Shown one piece after another: positions 47,462 to 56,905 of a stretch of 64,000 bases of DNA (positions within the stretch are counted from its first letter, which is position 1; each line of letters starts with the position of its first letter). Location: NCBI GenBank assembly GCA_963700995.1, contig CAVOZP010000004.1, forward strand, positions 170,321 through 234,320. The letters are read 5' to 3'. The notes beneath the pieces were generated by a model. That model was given only the letters and a program-made list of their open reading frames with translations, was not told the origin of the DNA and made no database searches. Source of the stretch: an uncultured Acidimicrobiales bacterium (GTDB lineage Bacteria; Actinomycetota; Acidimicrobiia; Acidimicrobiales; JAHEJN01). The position numbers and the translations under genes were made by a program.

Positions 47462-47695
47462 TCAGAGATTGACGACGGGGCAGGTGAGGGTGCGGGTGAT
47501 CCCGGGCACCATCTCGATCTGGCCGACCACCATGCGTCCGAGATCGTCCATCGTGTCGGCCGACGCCTTGGCGATGATGTCGTAGGGCCCGGTGGCGATG
47601 TCGGCGCTGACGACGCCACCAATGGCGCGTATGGCGCTGGCGACGTCGGACGCCTTGCCCATGTCGACCTGGATCAACACGTAGGAACTGACCAT
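47462..47695 (-). CDS. Stand-alone Lrp/AsnC-type ligand-binding (RAM) domain protein
   Basis: 77 aa. 'YVLIQVDMGKASDVASAIRAIGGVVSADIATGPYDIIAKASADTMDDLGRMVVGQIEMVPGITRTLT' fits the AsnC_trans_reg pattern. Confidence 0.7.
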   Translation of the reverse strand: MVSSYVLIQVDMGKASDVASAIRAIGGVVSADIATGPYDIIAKASADTMDDLGRMVVGQIEMVPGITRTLTCPVVNL

Positions 47696-47764
47696 GAACG
47701 ATGACCTCCTCGAGTCATTTGCGACCCTAGTCGGTCGGCACCGTTCGGCGAACGGGTTGTCGCA

Positions 47765-47800
47765 CCGTGGTGCGGGTGAGGCAGGTCACCCGCACCACGG
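47765..47800 (-). terminator. Perfect 15-bp stem / 6-nt loop hairpin downstream of hsp20
   Basis: CCGTGGTGCGGGTGA-ggcagg-TCACCCGCACCACGG read directly. It lies 59 bp after the hsp20 stop and upstream of the RAM-domain gene. There is no U-tract. Confidence 0.5.
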
Positions 47801-47858
47801 CGTCTCCGACGGACTCGACGGCGGGGGAACCGGAGTCCGTTTCGGCGGAGGGGTTCGG

Positions 47859-48263
47859 TCAGCTGGCGCCGTTGCCGGCACCGATGGCCACCCGACGGGG
47901 CTTGGCCGTCTCGGCCACGGGAATCACGACGGTGAGCACGCCCTGGTCGTACCGGGCATCGAGACCCTGGGGGTCGAGGCCCTCACCCAGGAACAGCCGC
48001 TGGGAGACCGGGCCGAGCCGACGGCGACGGGCGACGACCTCGGCGCCCTCGGGCAGATCCTCGGTGCGCTCGAAGGAGAGCAACAGCTCCCGGCGGTCGA
48101 CGGTCAGCTCGATCGTGTCGGGATCGACTCCCGGAACGTCGAAGCGCAGCTCGTAGCGATCGTCGAACTTGAGCGTGTCGTAGGCCACAGTCGGGGTGGC
48201 GGGTGAGGTGCGGGGGGCAAGGCGGTCGAACTCATGGAAAGGATCGAAGGTCCTGAACATCAT
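47859..48263 (-). CDS. Hsp20/alpha-crystallin small heat-shock protein
   Basis: 'YELRFDVPGVDPDTIELTVDRRELLLSFER', 'LDARYDQGVLTVVIPVAE'. AAGGAG RBS 7 nt before the ATG. Confidence 0.9.
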   Translation of the reverse strand: MMFRTFDPFHEFDRLAPRTSPATPTVAYDTLKFDDRYELRFDVPGVDPDTIELTVDRRELLLSFERTEDLPEGAEVVARRRRLGPVSQRLFLGEGLDPQGLDARYDQGVLTVVIPVAETAKPRRVAIGAGNGAS

Positions 48264-48309
48264 TACGGTGCTCCTTACAGAACAGGTACTGGAGTGAAAG
48301 GTAGGGATA

Positions 48310-48330
48310 GTTGAGTGTTTTGCACTCAGG
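48310..48330. promoter_or_regulatory. HAIR-like inverted repeat (candidate HspR operator) upstream of hsp20
   Basis: gTTGAGT-gttttgc-ACTCAgg matches the HAIR consensus CTTGAGT-N7-ACTCAAG at 12 of 14 positions. Located 47-67 bp upstream of the hsp20 ATG. Confidence 0.6.
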
Positions 48331-48414
48331 TTTCCTCAACGCTCGGCGTGGGGGTCTATTCCGTGCCGTCGGGGCTTTTCTCCGAAAGTGGGTACGGCGT
48401 GGTTGGATGGGGCC

Positions 48415-49449
48415 ATGCCAACCACCATGGTCACGGGCGGCGCGGGCTACATCGGCAGCCACGTCGTCGTTGCGCTCCTCGAGGCCGGCCACGAGGTGGT
48501 CGTCGTCGACAACCTGGTCAACGGCTCCGAGGTGGCCGTCGAGCGGGCGGGGGAGCTCGGAGGGGGATCACCGATCTTCGAGCAGGCCGATCTCACCGAC
48601 CGCTCGGCCCTCCGGTCGGTGTTCGCCGATCACGCCATCGATGCCGTCGTGCATCTGGCCGGCCTCAAGGCGGTGGGCGAGTCGGTCGCCCAGCCGCTCC
48701 GCTACTACCGGGCCAACGTGATCGGGGGCATCAATCTGGTCGAGGCCATGGCCGACTTCGGGGTCTGGCGTCTGGTGTTGTCCTCGTCGGCCACCGTGTA
48801 CGGCGATCCCCAGTTCCTGCCGATCACCGAGGACCATCCCGTGGGGGCGGTGAATCCCTACGGCCGGACCAAGCTCATGCAAGAAGAGGTCTTCGCCGAT
48901 GTCGCGGCCTCCGACGAGCGATGGCGCGTCGCCCTGTTGCGGTACTTCAACCCCGTCGGTGCCCACGCATCCGGTCGCCTCGGCGAAGACCCATCGGGAA
49001 TTCCCAACAACCTGATGCCCTTCGTCATGCAGGTGGCCGTCGGCCGACGCGACCAGCTGGTGGTTTTCGGCGACGACTACGACACTCCCGACGGGACCTG
49101 CATTCGCGACTACGTGCACGTCGTCGATCTGGCCGACGGCCATGTCTCGGCCATCGATGCACTCGAGCGGTTCCCCGGATGGCGGGCGTGGAACCTCGGC
49201 ACTGGCGCGGGGCATTCGGTGCTGGAGGTCCTGGACCAGGCCGAGGCGGCAAGTGGGCAGGAGATCCCGCGCTCGGTCGGCCCGCGACGTCCGGGCGACG
49301 CAGTGGCCAGCGTCGCTTCGGTCGAGCGGGCACGCGTCGAGCTGCACTGGGAGGCCAGCCGCGATCTGGCGACGATGTGCGCCGACCACTGGCGCTGGCA
49401 GACGCAGAACCCCGACGGTTACCCGTCGCCGGGCCCGTCCGGGGCGTGA
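48415..49449 (+). CDS. galE: UDP-glucose 4-epimerase
   Basis: 'MVTGGAGYIGSHVV', 'VVVVDNL.NGS', 'SSSATVYG', 'PYGRTKLM.E', 'LRYFNPVGAH.SG..GEDP.GIPNNLMP', 'DYDTPDGTCIRDY.HV.DLA'. Confidence 0.92.
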   Translation: MPTTMVTGGAGYIGSHVVVALLEAGHEVVVVDNLVNGSEVAVERAGELGGGSPIFEQADLTDRSALRSVFADHAIDAVVHLAGLKAVGESVAQPLRYYRANVIGGINLVEAMADFGVWRLVLSSSATVYGDPQFLPITEDHPVGAVNPYGRTKLMQEEVFADVAASDERWRVALLRYFNPVGAHASGRLGEDPSGIPNNLMPFVMQVAVGRRDQLVVFGDDYDTPDGTCIRDYVHVVDLADGHVSAIDALERFPGWRAWNLGTGAGHSVLEVLDQAEAASGQEIPRSVGPRRPGDAVASVASVERARVELHWEASRDLATMCADHWRWQTQNPDGYPSPGPSGA

Positions 49450-49465
49450 GCCGGCCAAGCCGTGG

Positions 49466-51130
49466 TCACATCACGTTGACGATGCCGAGCTCGGCGAATC
49501 CCTTCGCTTCGTAGTTCGCGTGGAACATGTCGCGCAGTTCGGTGGCGTGCCGGTCGTAGTCGTCGGGGTCGTCCCATGTCTGGCGCGGGTCGAGGATCTC
49601 GTCGGGCACGCCTGCGCACACGGTCGGCATCCGCATCCCCAGTGTCGGCTGCACGACCACCGGTGCGTCGTCGAACCCGCCGTTGAGGGCAGCATCGAGC
49701 AGCGTGCGGGTGTGGGCCAATGACATGCGTTCACCCTTGCCGTAGGGGCCGCCGGTCCATCCGGTGTTCAACAGGATGCAGCGGGTCTTGTGCTCGGCCA
49801 TCCGTGCGGCCAACAACTCGGCGTACACCGAGGGCTTCTGAGCCATGAACGGACCACCGAAACACGCCGAGAACGTCGCTTCGGGCTCGGTGACCCCCAC
49901 CTCGGTGCCGGCCAGCTTCGCCGTGAACCCGGTGACGAAGTGATACATCACCTCGTCGGGTTCGAGGATCGAAACCGGCGGCAGCACACCGAACGCGTCG
50001 GCGGTCAGCAACACGATGGTGTCGGGGTGGGGGCCGAGGGCGCCCTCGGCGACGCCAGGGTTGCACGTGAGCGGATAGGCGAATCGGGTGTTCTCGGTGA
50101 TCGAGCCGTCGGTGAGGTCGAAGTCCTGCGGGTCGGTGTCGGCGATGGCCTGGCCCGGCAGGGCGGGGACGTTCTCGATCATGGTGCCCTTCATCGACAG
50201 GGCTGCTGCGATGACCGGCTCGGCTTTCTTGTTCAGGTCGATGAGCTTCGCGTAGCACCCGTCCTCGAGGTTGGCGATGCCATGGTCGGTCCACACGTGC
50301 TCGTCGTCGCCGATGAGCAAGCGGTTCGGATCGGCCGACAACGTGGTCTTGCCGGTACCGGAGAGGCCGAACAGGATCGCCGAGCGACCATCGTCGCCCA
50401 CGTTGGCCGAGCAGTGCATCGACAGCTGGCCGATCGCCGGCATGAGGTAGTTCATGGCCGTGAACATCGTCTTCTTGTTCACGCCGCAGTAGTCGGCGCG
50501 GCCCAGCACCAACGCCAGACGGTTGGCGATGTCGACGATCACCGCTCGCCCGCTGCGGGTGCCGTCGCGTTCGGGCACGCAGGTGAACGACGGCACGTTG
50601 ATGATCGTCCATCCGGTCTCGGCTCGGTCGGCGTCGTCGCGGACGTCGTTGGGGAACATGATGTTGCAGAAGTAGGCGTGGCTGGCGTACTCACCGACGA
50701 ATCGGTAGGGCTCGGCGAAGTCGGGGTCGTGGCCGCAGAACACGTCGGTCACGAACAACGTGGGGTCGGTCTCGTTGAGGTGATCGATGACCCGGGGGAG
50801 GAGGGCATCGAAGGCGTCGGGCTCGAAGCGGGAGAAGCTCGGCTTCCACCACACGGTGTCGTCGACCTCGGGACGGCCGACGGCGAAGGTGTCGTCCACC
50901 GGTCGGCCGGTGCACGACGGGTCGCTGTAGAACATGAGGGGACCGTCGAGGCCCAATGCGGTGGCGTAGGCCTTCGGCTCGTCGTCGGGCCCGTCGGGGC
51001 GGATGCGTCCCCGGTCGTGCTCCAGCGCAGCAACGAACAGCTCGTCTTGCGTCAGCCCGAATCGGATATCGCGGCAGCGGAGTCCGTACGCAGCGAGGAG
51101 ATCCTCGGCGGGGTCGGCGAACAGGGTCAT
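49466..51130 (-). CDS. pckA: Phosphoenolpyruvate carboxykinase (ATP)
   Basis: 'FGLSGTGKTTLSADPNRLLIGDDEHVW' kinase-1a, 'IENV', 'LTADAFGVLPPVS', 'YHFVTGFTAK.AGTE' blocks. Start at ATG 51130. Confidence 0.92.
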   Translation of the reverse strand: MTLFADPAEDLLAAYGLRCRDIRFGLTQDELFVAALEHDRGRIRPDGPDDEPKAYATALGLDGPLMFYSDPSCTGRPVDDTFAVGRPEVDDTVWWKPSFSRFEPDAFDALLPRVIDHLNETDPTLFVTDVFCGHDPDFAEPYRFVGEYASHAYFCNIMFPNDVRDDADRAETGWTIINVPSFTCVPERDGTRSGRAVIVDIANRLALVLGRADYCGVNKKTMFTAMNYLMPAIGQLSMHCSANVGDDGRSAILFGLSGTGKTTLSADPNRLLIGDDEHVWTDHGIANLEDGCYAKLIDLNKKAEPVIAAALSMKGTMIENVPALPGQAIADTDPQDFDLTDGSITENTRFAYPLTCNPGVAEGALGPHPDTIVLLTADAFGVLPPVSILEPDEVMYHFVTGFTAKLAGTEVGVTEPEATFSACFGGPFMAQKPSVYAELLAARMAEHKTRCILLNTGWTGGPYGKGERMSLAHTRTLLDAALNGGFDDAPVVVQPTLGMRMPTVCAGVPDEILDPRQTWDDPDDYDRHATELRDMFHANYEAKGFAELGIVNVM

Positions 51131-51187
51131 GGGGGTTTTCCTCCGACGTCGTTGTCGTGTGGTTGCCACCCCGGAAACCGGGGAGGA

Positions 51188-51415
51188 CTACTGGAGGAAG
51201 TCGGGGGTTCCCATGTCGATCTCGGAGCCCAACCGAAGCTGTGTGGCCCGTCCCTCGTCGTTGAGGTCGAACAGCACCCGTTGGCCTTGCCGAAGCATGC
51301 GAAACACCGAGCCCTCCAAGGCGTTCTCGGCCAGATCGTGTTCGGAGAAGTCGGTGTCGGTCATGATGACGCCATCGCCCGTTGTCGGGTCGTACGATTT
51401 GATCACCCCTTGCAC
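51188..51415 (-). CDS. Small conserved-looking hypothetical protein (75 aa), upstream of pckA
   Basis: GTG 51415 preceded by GGGAGG at 9 nt. 'VQGVIKSYDPTTGDGVIMTDTDFSEHDLAENALEGSVFRMLRQGQRVLFDL'. GC3-biased. Confidence 0.55.
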   Translation of the reverse strand: MQGVIKSYDPTTGDGVIMTDTDFSEHDLAENALEGSVFRMLRQGQRVLFDLNDEGRATQLRLGSEIDMGTPDFLQ

Positions 51416-51530
51416 TGACTCCCGCCTCCCATTTGCTGGTCGTGAACGCTGCCACGGTAGCGGCATTCGACAGCTGCCGTCGAGACCCCACCTGGCCCGG
51501 GCGCGGGTGCAGTCGGTACCATCACTGGCG

Positions 51531-53213
51531 ATGTCTGCCGACCCCGTTGTGTCCACCGCGGGTGCTCCTCTCGCTTTCACCGACGCCGGGGCCCTTCGTT
51601 CGATCGTTGCCGTCTTTCGTGACGGGCTGATCGCGCACCGTGAGGTGCTCAATGCTCTGAACGTCTACCCGGTGCCCGACGGCGACACGGGGACCAACAT
51701 GTCGCTCACGCTCACGTCGGTGGTCGAAACCGTGCACGACGCCGACGCCGACCTCGAGGCAACCTGCAAAGCCATCGCCCACGGCTCGCTGATGGGTGCG
51801 CGGGGGAACTCGGGTGTGATCCTGTCGCAGATCCTGCGTGGCGTGGCGGGTGGTCTCTCCCACCATCCCGATGCCGATGCCGCCGCATGGAGCTCGGCGC
51901 TCACCGAAGCGGCCGTCGCGGCCTATGGCGCGGTGATGCGCCCTGTCGAAGGGACCATCCTCACGGTGGTGCGCGAGTCGGCCGACGCGGCCACCCACGC
52001 GGTCGCCGACGGCGCCGACCTGCTCACGATGTTCGAGACGGCCCGCACGGTCGGGGGCGAGTCGCTCGAGCGAACCCCCACGCTGCTACCGGCATTGGCC
52101 GAGGCAGGCGTGGTCGATGCCGGGGGCGCCGGCTTCCTGTTGTTCGTCGACGCGGCGCTCAACGTCATCGACGGGCGTCCGATGCCGGTGCCCGAGACCC
52201 CCGCTACACCGTTCGTCGGTGCGTCGGCCCGATCCTCCGACGAGTCGACGGAGAAGTCGATCGCCGATCTCCGGTACGAGGTCATGTACTTCCTCGATGC
52301 ACCCGACGGCGCAGTCGACGGATTCAAGGCCGCCTGGATGGACATCGGCGACTCGATCGTGGTCGTCGGCGGCGACGGCCTCTGGAATTGCCACATCCAT
52401 TGCGACGACATCGGCGCCGCCATCGAGGCCGGGATCGCCGTGGGTCGGCCCCACAAGATCCGGGTGACCGATCTGCTCGAGGAGCTCGATCACATCGAGG
52501 ACTTCCATGTGGTCGCCGGCGACGAGCCTGCGGTGTCGCTCGTGGCGTCGGCTCCGGCCACCACTGCGGTGGTCGCGGTGGCGGTTGGCGATGGCGTTCG
52601 AAGGATCTTCGAATCGCTCGGCGTCCAGGCGGTGGTCACCGGCGGACAGTCCATGAACCCGTCCACCGAGCAGCTGCTCCAGGCGGTCGACCAGGTCTCG
52701 GCCGACCAGGTCGTGATCCTGCCCAACAACAAGAACATCATCGCCGTGGCCGAGCGGGTGAACGAGGCCACCGAGCGGTCGGTGGGCGTCGTTCCCACCC
52801 GCAGCATCGCCGAGGGCTTTGCCGCGCTGCTGGCCTATGACCCCGAGGCTTCCCTGGTCTCCAACGTGGCGGCGATGTCCGATGCCGGCGGGGCAGTCGA
52901 GGCCGGCGAGGTGTGCCAGGCCGTGCGGCCGTCCAAGAGCGAGGCCGGTGACATCGCCGAGGGCGACTGGCTCGGCCTCACCCGCCGAGGCATCACCACC
53001 GTGAAGCCCACGCTCGTCGAAGCGACGTCCGCGATGCTCGACGAGCTCGTCGGCAGCGATCACGAGATCGTCACGCTCATTCGCGGGGCCCAGGCCGACG
53101 ACGAAACCGTCGCCGAGGTCGAGGCCTGGCTGGCCGACCATCGACCCCACGTCGAGGTCGAAGTGCATCACGGTGGCCAACCGCTCTACCCCTTCTACGT
53201 CGGGGTCGAGTAG
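51531..53213 (+). CDS. DAK2/DhaL-domain fusion protein (YloV family)
   Basis: 'LNVYPVPDGDTGTNMSLT', 'GARGNSGVILSQ', 'PVEGTILTV'. Immediately followed by recG, the usual synteny. Confidence 0.85.
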   Translation: MSADPVVSTAGAPLAFTDAGALRSIVAVFRDGLIAHREVLNALNVYPVPDGDTGTNMSLTLTSVVETVHDADADLEATCKAIAHGSLMGARGNSGVILSQILRGVAGGLSHHPDADAAAWSSALTEAAVAAYGAVMRPVEGTILTVVRESADAATHAVADGADLLTMFETARTVGGESLERTPTLLPALAEAGVVDAGGAGFLLFVDAALNVIDGRPMPVPETPATPFVGASARSSDESTEKSIADLRYEVMYFLDAPDGAVDGFKAAWMDIGDSIVVVGGDGLWNCHIHCDDIGAAIEAGIAVGRPHKIRVTDLLEELDHIEDFHVVAGDEPAVSLVASAPATTAVVAVAVGDGVRRIFESLGVQAVVTGGQSMNPSTEQLLQAVDQVSADQVVILPNNKNIIAVAERVNEATERSVGVVPTRSIAEGFAALLAYDPEASLVSNVAAMSDAGGAVEAGEVCQAVRPSKSEAGDIAEGDWLGLTRRGITTVKPTLVEATSAMLDELVGSDHEIVTLIRGAQADDETVAEVEAWLADHRPHVEVEVHHGGQPLYPFYVGVE

Positions 53214-53216
53214 CCG

Positions 53217-55358
53217 GTGGCGCCTGGCGCCGGGCCGCTGACCCTCGGCGACTTCGCCGCAATGAGCGTCGACAGCCTGGTCGGCGTGGGGCCCAAGAAG
53301 CTCGAGGCATTGCGTACCACCGAGATCGAGACCTTGCTCGACCTGTTGATGCACTACCCCCTGCGGTACATCGATCGCACCCGGCAAGCCGCCATCGACG
53401 AGCTCGTGCCCGGTGACGAGGCGATGGTGCTGGGCGAGGTGCTGTCGGCGCAGGCCCGCCGGACCCGCAACGGCCGCACGCTGGTGACCGTGACGATCAG
53501 CGACGGTTCGGGCCGCCTGTCGCTCACGTTCTTCAACCAGCCGTGGCGAGCCAGGCAGCTGTCCGAGGGCACCCAGGTGGTGGTGTTCGGCAAGATCGAC
53601 GTGTACCGAGGCAGCCGACAGATGGCGAACCCGGTGGTCGATCTGGTCGGCGACAAGACCGGTCGCATCGTGCCCGTGTACCCGCAGTCGGAGAAGGCGG
53701 GCCTGCACACTTGGGACCTTGCCGACTGGGTGGCCCAGGTCCTCCGACGCAGCACCCAACGGGGCATCGCCGATCCGGTGCCGGCCGAGGTGTTGGCGCG
53801 GTGGGATCTGGTGAGTCGTCAGACGGCGTTGCACGGGATCCATGGGCCCGAGTCGATGCCCGAGGCGAGCAATGCCCGCCGCCGGCTGGTCTTCGACGAG
53901 CTGCTGCGGGTGCAGCTCGAGCTGGTACGGCGCAAGCGCATGCTCGAGGCCATGGAGTCGGGCATCGAACATCGGGTCGAGGGCCCGATGCTCTCGGCGT
54001 TTCGCGATCGACTGCCCTTCACGCTCACGGGTGCCCAGGAACGGGTGATCGGCGAGATTGCCGCCGATCTCGCGGCGCCGTCGCCCATGCACCGGTTGCT
54101 CCAGGGCGATGTCGGCTCGGGCAAGACCCTCGTGGCGGTCGCGGCGCTGCTGATGGCGGTGGAGGGCGGACATCAGGGAGCGTTCATGGCCCCGACCGAG
54201 GTCCTGGCTGAACAGCATTTCGCCGGGGTCAGCGAGATCCTCGAAGGGTTCGTCGTCGAAGACCGGTCCGACTCGCTGTTCCCCGAGCGGGAACTGCGGG
54301 TGGCGCTGTTGTCGAGCAGGGTCGGATCGGCCCAGCGCAAGCGCATCCTGGCCGAGCTGGCGTCGGGTGAGATCGACATCGCGGTCGGCACCCATGCCCT
54401 CATCCAGGAGGCGGTGGAGTTCGCGTCCCTCGGCGTGGTGGTCGTCGACGAGCAACACCGCTTCGGTGTCGAGCAGCGGGCGGCTCTGCGCACCAAGAGC
54501 GCGCGGGGCGCGACACCCGACGTCCTGGTCATGACGGCCACGCCCATTCCCCGAACCGCGGCCATGACCGTGTACGGCGATCTCGACGTGTCGGTGCTCG
54601 ACGAGCTGCCGCCGGGACGGACGCCGATCGCCACGTACTGGGCCCGCACCGACCTCGACGAGGTCGGGGTGTGGGCGTCGGTCCGCGAGGCCGTCGCCGT
54701 CGGGAATCAGGCCTACGTGGTGTGTCCGCTGATCGAGGAGTCGTCGAAGCTCGACGTTCGTTCCGTCGAGGAGACCTACGAGCGACTCGAAGCCGACGAG
54801 CTGGCCGGGCTGCGGCTCGGGTTGTTGCACGGGCGCCTCTCACCCGCCGAGAAGGACCAGGTCATGGACCTGTTCCGTTCCGGCCGCCTCGACGTGCTCG
54901 TGGCCACGACGGTCATCGAGGTCGGCGTCGACGTACCCAACGCGACGGTGATGGCGATCGTCGATGCCGACCGTTTCGGGATCGCCCAGCTCCACCAGCT
55001 TCGCGGCCGCGTCGGACGAGGGAGCGCGGCCTCGGCCTGCCATCTCATCGCGAAGGCGTTGACCCCTGACGCCGAGGAACGACTGGCCGCGCTGGTGCGC
55101 ACAACCGACGGCTTCGAGCTGGCCGAGGTCGATCTCGAGCTTCGTGGTGAGGGGACGATCATGGGCGAGCGTCAGAAGGGCCGCAACGACCTGCGACTCG
55201 CCTCGCTGCGACGCGACCGGGAGTGGGTCGAGCGGGCACGAGAGGTGGCCCTCGAGCTCACCGATGGCGACCCGGAGCTGGCGAAGCTGCCCGAGCTCGC
55301 CGCCGAGATCTCGGTCGTGCTGGGCGAGGCCGAGGGCGAGTTCTTGTTGAAGGGTTGA
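53217..55358 (+). CDS. recG: ATP-dependent DNA helicase RecG
   Basis: Wedge/OB N-terminus, 'LPFTLTGAQERVI.EI', 'MHRLLQGDVGSGKT', 'VVVDEQHRFGV', 'VMTATPIPRT', 'LHGRLSPAEKD.VM..F', 'VATTVIEVGVDVPNAT', 'QLHQLRGRVGRG'. Confidence 0.92.
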   Translation: MAPGAGPLTLGDFAAMSVDSLVGVGPKKLEALRTTEIETLLDLLMHYPLRYIDRTRQAAIDELVPGDEAMVLGEVLSAQARRTRNGRTLVTVTISDGSGRLSLTFFNQPWRARQLSEGTQVVVFGKIDVYRGSRQMANPVVDLVGDKTGRIVPVYPQSEKAGLHTWDLADWVAQVLRRSTQRGIADPVPAEVLARWDLVSRQTALHGIHGPESMPEASNARRRLVFDELLRVQLELVRRKRMLEAMESGIEHRVEGPMLSAFRDRLPFTLTGAQERVIGEIAADLAAPSPMHRLLQGDVGSGKTLVAVAALLMAVEGGHQGAFMAPTEVLAEQHFAGVSEILEGFVVEDRSDSLFPERELRVALLSSRVGSAQRKRILAELASGEIDIAVGTHALIQEAVEFASLGVVVVDEQHRFGVEQRAALRTKSARGATPDVLVMTATPIPRTAAMTVYGDLDVSVLDELPPGRTPIATYWARTDLDEVGVWASVREAVAVGNQAYVVCPLIEESSKLDVRSVEETYERLEADELAGLRLGLLHGRLSPAEKDQVMDLFRSGRLDVLVATTVIEVGVDVPNATVMAIVDADRFGIAQLHQLRGRVGRGSAASACHLIAKALTPDAEERLAALVRTTDGFELAEVDLELRGEGTIMGERQKGRNDLRLASLRRDREWVERAREVALELTDGDPELAKLPELAAEISVVLGEAEGEFLLKG

Positions 55359-55359
55359 T

Positions 55360-55839
55360 CTAGCCCTGGAGCTTGGGCACCAGCACGCGGGCCACCTCGA
55401 TGAGCTGACTTTCGGGTACCCGGTCGATGGTCGAGATCGTCGTGAAGATGCCGTTGGTGAGGAACTGGACGCGGCCGTTGCACACGACCGATTCGTCGCC
55501 GACACCGGCGGAGGGACAGGCATCTTCGCCGGGGGCGAGGATCAGCGAGTCGGACTCGGCGATCTGCACGATGAGAAAGCCGGTGCCCCAGCTGCAGCCG
55601 GTGAAGGGTCCCGCCGGCTCGGTCGATCGAAACGATGGCGCCTGGCCGACCGTGCTGGTGAGCTCGTCGGGGGTCAGCAGCGAGCAGACGTCGATGTCGC
55701 TCGTGCTCGACGAGGTACTGCTCGAGGAACCGGGGTCGGTGGCGGCGCTGAAGCTGCCGTCGTCGCCGCTGCAGGCCGCAGCGACCAGGGTGATGGCCAC
55801 CAGCATCGTGCGAAGGGATCGCATGAGCATCGTCTCCAA
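55360..55839 (-). CDS. Lipoprotein, DUF3558-like
   Basis: Lipobox 'LVAITLVAAAC'. Ser-rich linker. 'CSLLTPDEL...PFTGCSWG' pattern. The start may be ATG 55824. Confidence 0.7.
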   Translation of the reverse strand: METMLMRSLRTMLVAITLVAAACSGDDGSFSAATDPGSSSSTSSSTSDIDVCSLLTPDELTSTVGQAPSFRSTEPAGPFTGCSWGTGFLIVQIAESDSLILAPGEDACPSAGVGDESVVCNGRVQFLTNGIFTTISTIDRVPESQLIEVARVLVPKLQG

Positions 55840-55867
55840 CCGGTCCGACGAGATCTCCGATCGTAGA

Positions 55868-56905
55868 TCAGATCGTCACTGGCGGGCGCTGGGCCCATTC
55901 CTGGAGGAGTCGACGTTCCCGTTCGGGGTCGAGGCCCACCGGCGGTCGGTCGAGACCGGTGTTCGTCGAAGGTGCCTGCACGGGCCCTCGATCGCCGAGC
56001 CAATGCACGGTTCGGGCCACGGTCTCGGCGAGCGGTCGCGTCCGCAGCCCGGCGGCTTCGGCGCGGGCGGAGCTTCGGCTCTGGAAGCCGACGTGGGTGG
56101 GAAGGGCGCCGGGCGGGAGCCACATCGGCAGATCGGTCCAGGGCTCGACCTCGTGGTCGACGAGGAAGTCCTCGGCCACCCAGGTGAGGCGACCCCCTCC
56201 GTCGACGACGCGTTCGATCTGGTCGAGCATGGTCGCCATCGTGTGCGCGCGCGGACCGGTTGCGTTGAGGGTGCCGGTGACGCGGTTGTCGGCAGCGGTG
56301 AGGATCCAGGCCGCGAGGTCACCCACGTCGATGAACTGCACCGGCTGATCCTGCGGCTCGGGCGCAAGGATCTCCCCTCCCCGGCCGAGGCGTTCGACCC
56401 AGTAGGTGAACCGGCCCGTGGGGTCGTGTGGCCCCACGATGAGCCCGGCCCGCACGTGGTGGCAACGCCCGGGGAGAGCCGCGTCGAGCGCGGCCTCGCT
56501 CATCGCCTTGAACCCGCCGTAGTTGTCGGGTGAGTCGAGACTCTCGACCGAGGGATCCTCGACGGTCAGGAGCTCGTTTTCCTCGTCGGCGCCGACGATG
56601 CTGTGGTCGGCGTAGACCGAGCACGACGACACGAAGGTGTAGTGATCGATGTGGTCCAGTGCGTCGACCACCGCAGTGACCTGCCGTGGGAAGTAGGCCG
56701 ACGGGTCGATCACGGCGTCGAAGCTGCGGCCTTCGAGCGCAGCGAGGTCGGTATCGCGGTCACCGATCAGGTGTTCGGCCTCCGGGAACAGACCGGGGTT
56801 GGTGCGCCCTCGGTTGAACAGCGTGACTTCGTGTCCAGCCGCGATCACGTGCTCGGCGACCGCCCGGCCGAGAAAGAGCGTGCCCCCGACGACCAGGACC
56901 TTCAG
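55868..56905 (-). CDS. NAD-dependent epimerase/dehydratase (SDR) family protein, apparently with a non-canonical start
   Basis: 'LKVLVVGGTLFLGRAVAEHVIAAGHEVTLFNRG' Rossmann N-terminus. There is no in-frame ATG/GTG/TTG before the GxxGxxG. A CTG at 56905 is preceded by GGGAG with 6-nt spacing. Confidence 0.75.
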   Translation of the reverse strand: MKVLVVGGTLFLGRAVAEHVIAAGHEVTLFNRGRTNPGLFPEAEHLIGDRDTDLAALEGRSFDAVIDPSAYFPRQVTAVVDALDHIDHYTFVSSCSVYADHSIVGADEENELLTVEDPSVESLDSPDNYGGFKAMSEAALDAALPGRCHHVRAGLIVGPHDPTGRFTYWVERLGRGGEILAPEPQDQPVQFIDVGDLAAWILTAADNRVTGTLNATGPRAHTMATMLDQIERVVDGGGRLTWVAEDFLVDHEVEPWTDLPMWLPPGALPTHVGFQSRSSARAEAAGLRTRPLAETVARTVHWLGDRGPVQAPSTNTGLDRPPVGLDPERERRLLQEWAQRPPVTI

